From Yuukianura sp. NJ FZ-2021 (taxonomy: Eukaryota), in assembly GCA_046563655.1 (NCBI GenBank), contig CM102290.1, forward strand, positions 6,510,001 through 6,574,000: a DNA stretch of 64,000 nucleotides, in the 5' to 3' direction. Shown in pieces: positions 63,350 to 64,000 of this stretch. A model generated the notes under the pieces. The model did not search any database and was not told the origin of the DNA. It saw nothing but the letters and a program-made list of their open reading frames with translations. A program made the translations under genes and the position numbers. Each line of letters begins with the position of its first letter. The first letter of the stretch is position 1.

Positions 63350-64000
63350 GTCCACACTGGAACTCAGCGTCTTTTAAACTTTCTAAAGAAGTTAAAAATT
63401 TGAAGATCATCAGCTTGAAAATCTAGGGGGTTTGTACAACCAAAGAAAAAGTTTCAGCCTAAATCCAAAAACTGATATCAATTTTCAATAAAAAGCTAAG
63501 TTTTCGTATGGAGATAATGGTGGGGAGTCCAGACTCATTAGGGCGGGGGAGCGTCATTTGTAGACTTTGTGTCTTAAACTCAATTTTTTTCAAGAAAAAT
63601 ATGTTACAAACGCTTTTTCAAAACCCAATGTGTTTTCTGTTTTTAGTGTTTTTAATATAGAGAAAATAACAGTTACTTAGATTTTTTAAAGAAAGAGCAA
63701 ATTTTCATTTTGGAATTCAATTCTTGAAGTACAAATGAATTCTGCAAAACTTTGAGCTAGGGGGCAGAGATTATTTGAATTAGTCGGTCGTTAATTAGTT
63801 TTGGGAGCATCAAAGCCTAGATCCATTCTTTTTCCGAATGTCAAATTTTTTCTGGAAAGGGAAGGGGGGGGGGGGCAAAAGATCATCGATGATTATTTAC
63901 AACTTTTGAAAAACTTTGTTAACATGTTTCTAAATGTTTCTAAACGTTGAGCGTTTCTTTTTGATTAAAAAATAATGCATTTTACTAATTCTCAAATCCG

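Larger units (their letters stand above)
30279..64000. mobile_element. Endogenous Maverick/Polinton (adintovirus-like) element; core 40205-59037 is secure, outer limits are inferred
   Basis: Clustered pPolB, A32-like ATPase, rve integrase, penton, double-jelly-roll-type MCP and adenain. The left end is inferred from the BEL gag breakpoint; the right TIR was not seen in the window. Confidence 0.8.

Noticed and set aside
63400..64000. Right terminal inverted repeat of the Maverick
   Set aside because: No visible reverse-complement similarity to 30279-30900.

Overview
AT-rich animal genomic DNA with short GT-AG introns; an invertebrate, probably arthropod, origin is inferred only from gene and TE content. 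The window is a nested transposon graveyard. The left half holds damaged host gene fragments (TTC21B-like, CD36/SCARB-like, a tyrosine-kinase C-lobe, and the 3' half of an LRRK gene), a decayed Gypsy element split by a Helentron/DINE-1-like element and a solo LTR, three 8-bp-TSD MITEs, a LOA-type LINE fragment and a full-length LINE with a 13-bp TSD. The right half is dominated by an endogenous Maverick/Polinton (adintovirus-like) dsDNA virus: protein-primed PolB, packaging ATPase, integrase, core proteins, penton, major capsid protein and adenain protease, with adjacent spliced accessory genes (G-patch, F-box/LRR, RING-H2). Two young LTR elements sit inside the viral region: a BEL/Pao element within polB, and an RT-less gag+integrase Gypsy-like element with almost identical LTRs. 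Most notable: polB appears to have three in-frame spliceosomal introns and two N-terminal C2H2 fingers; the virus's left end can be placed tentatively at ~30279 next to a G.U-rich hairpin; and removing the Gypsy-like insertion reconstitutes a Pol III-like (A-box/hairpin/B-box/T-run) unit.
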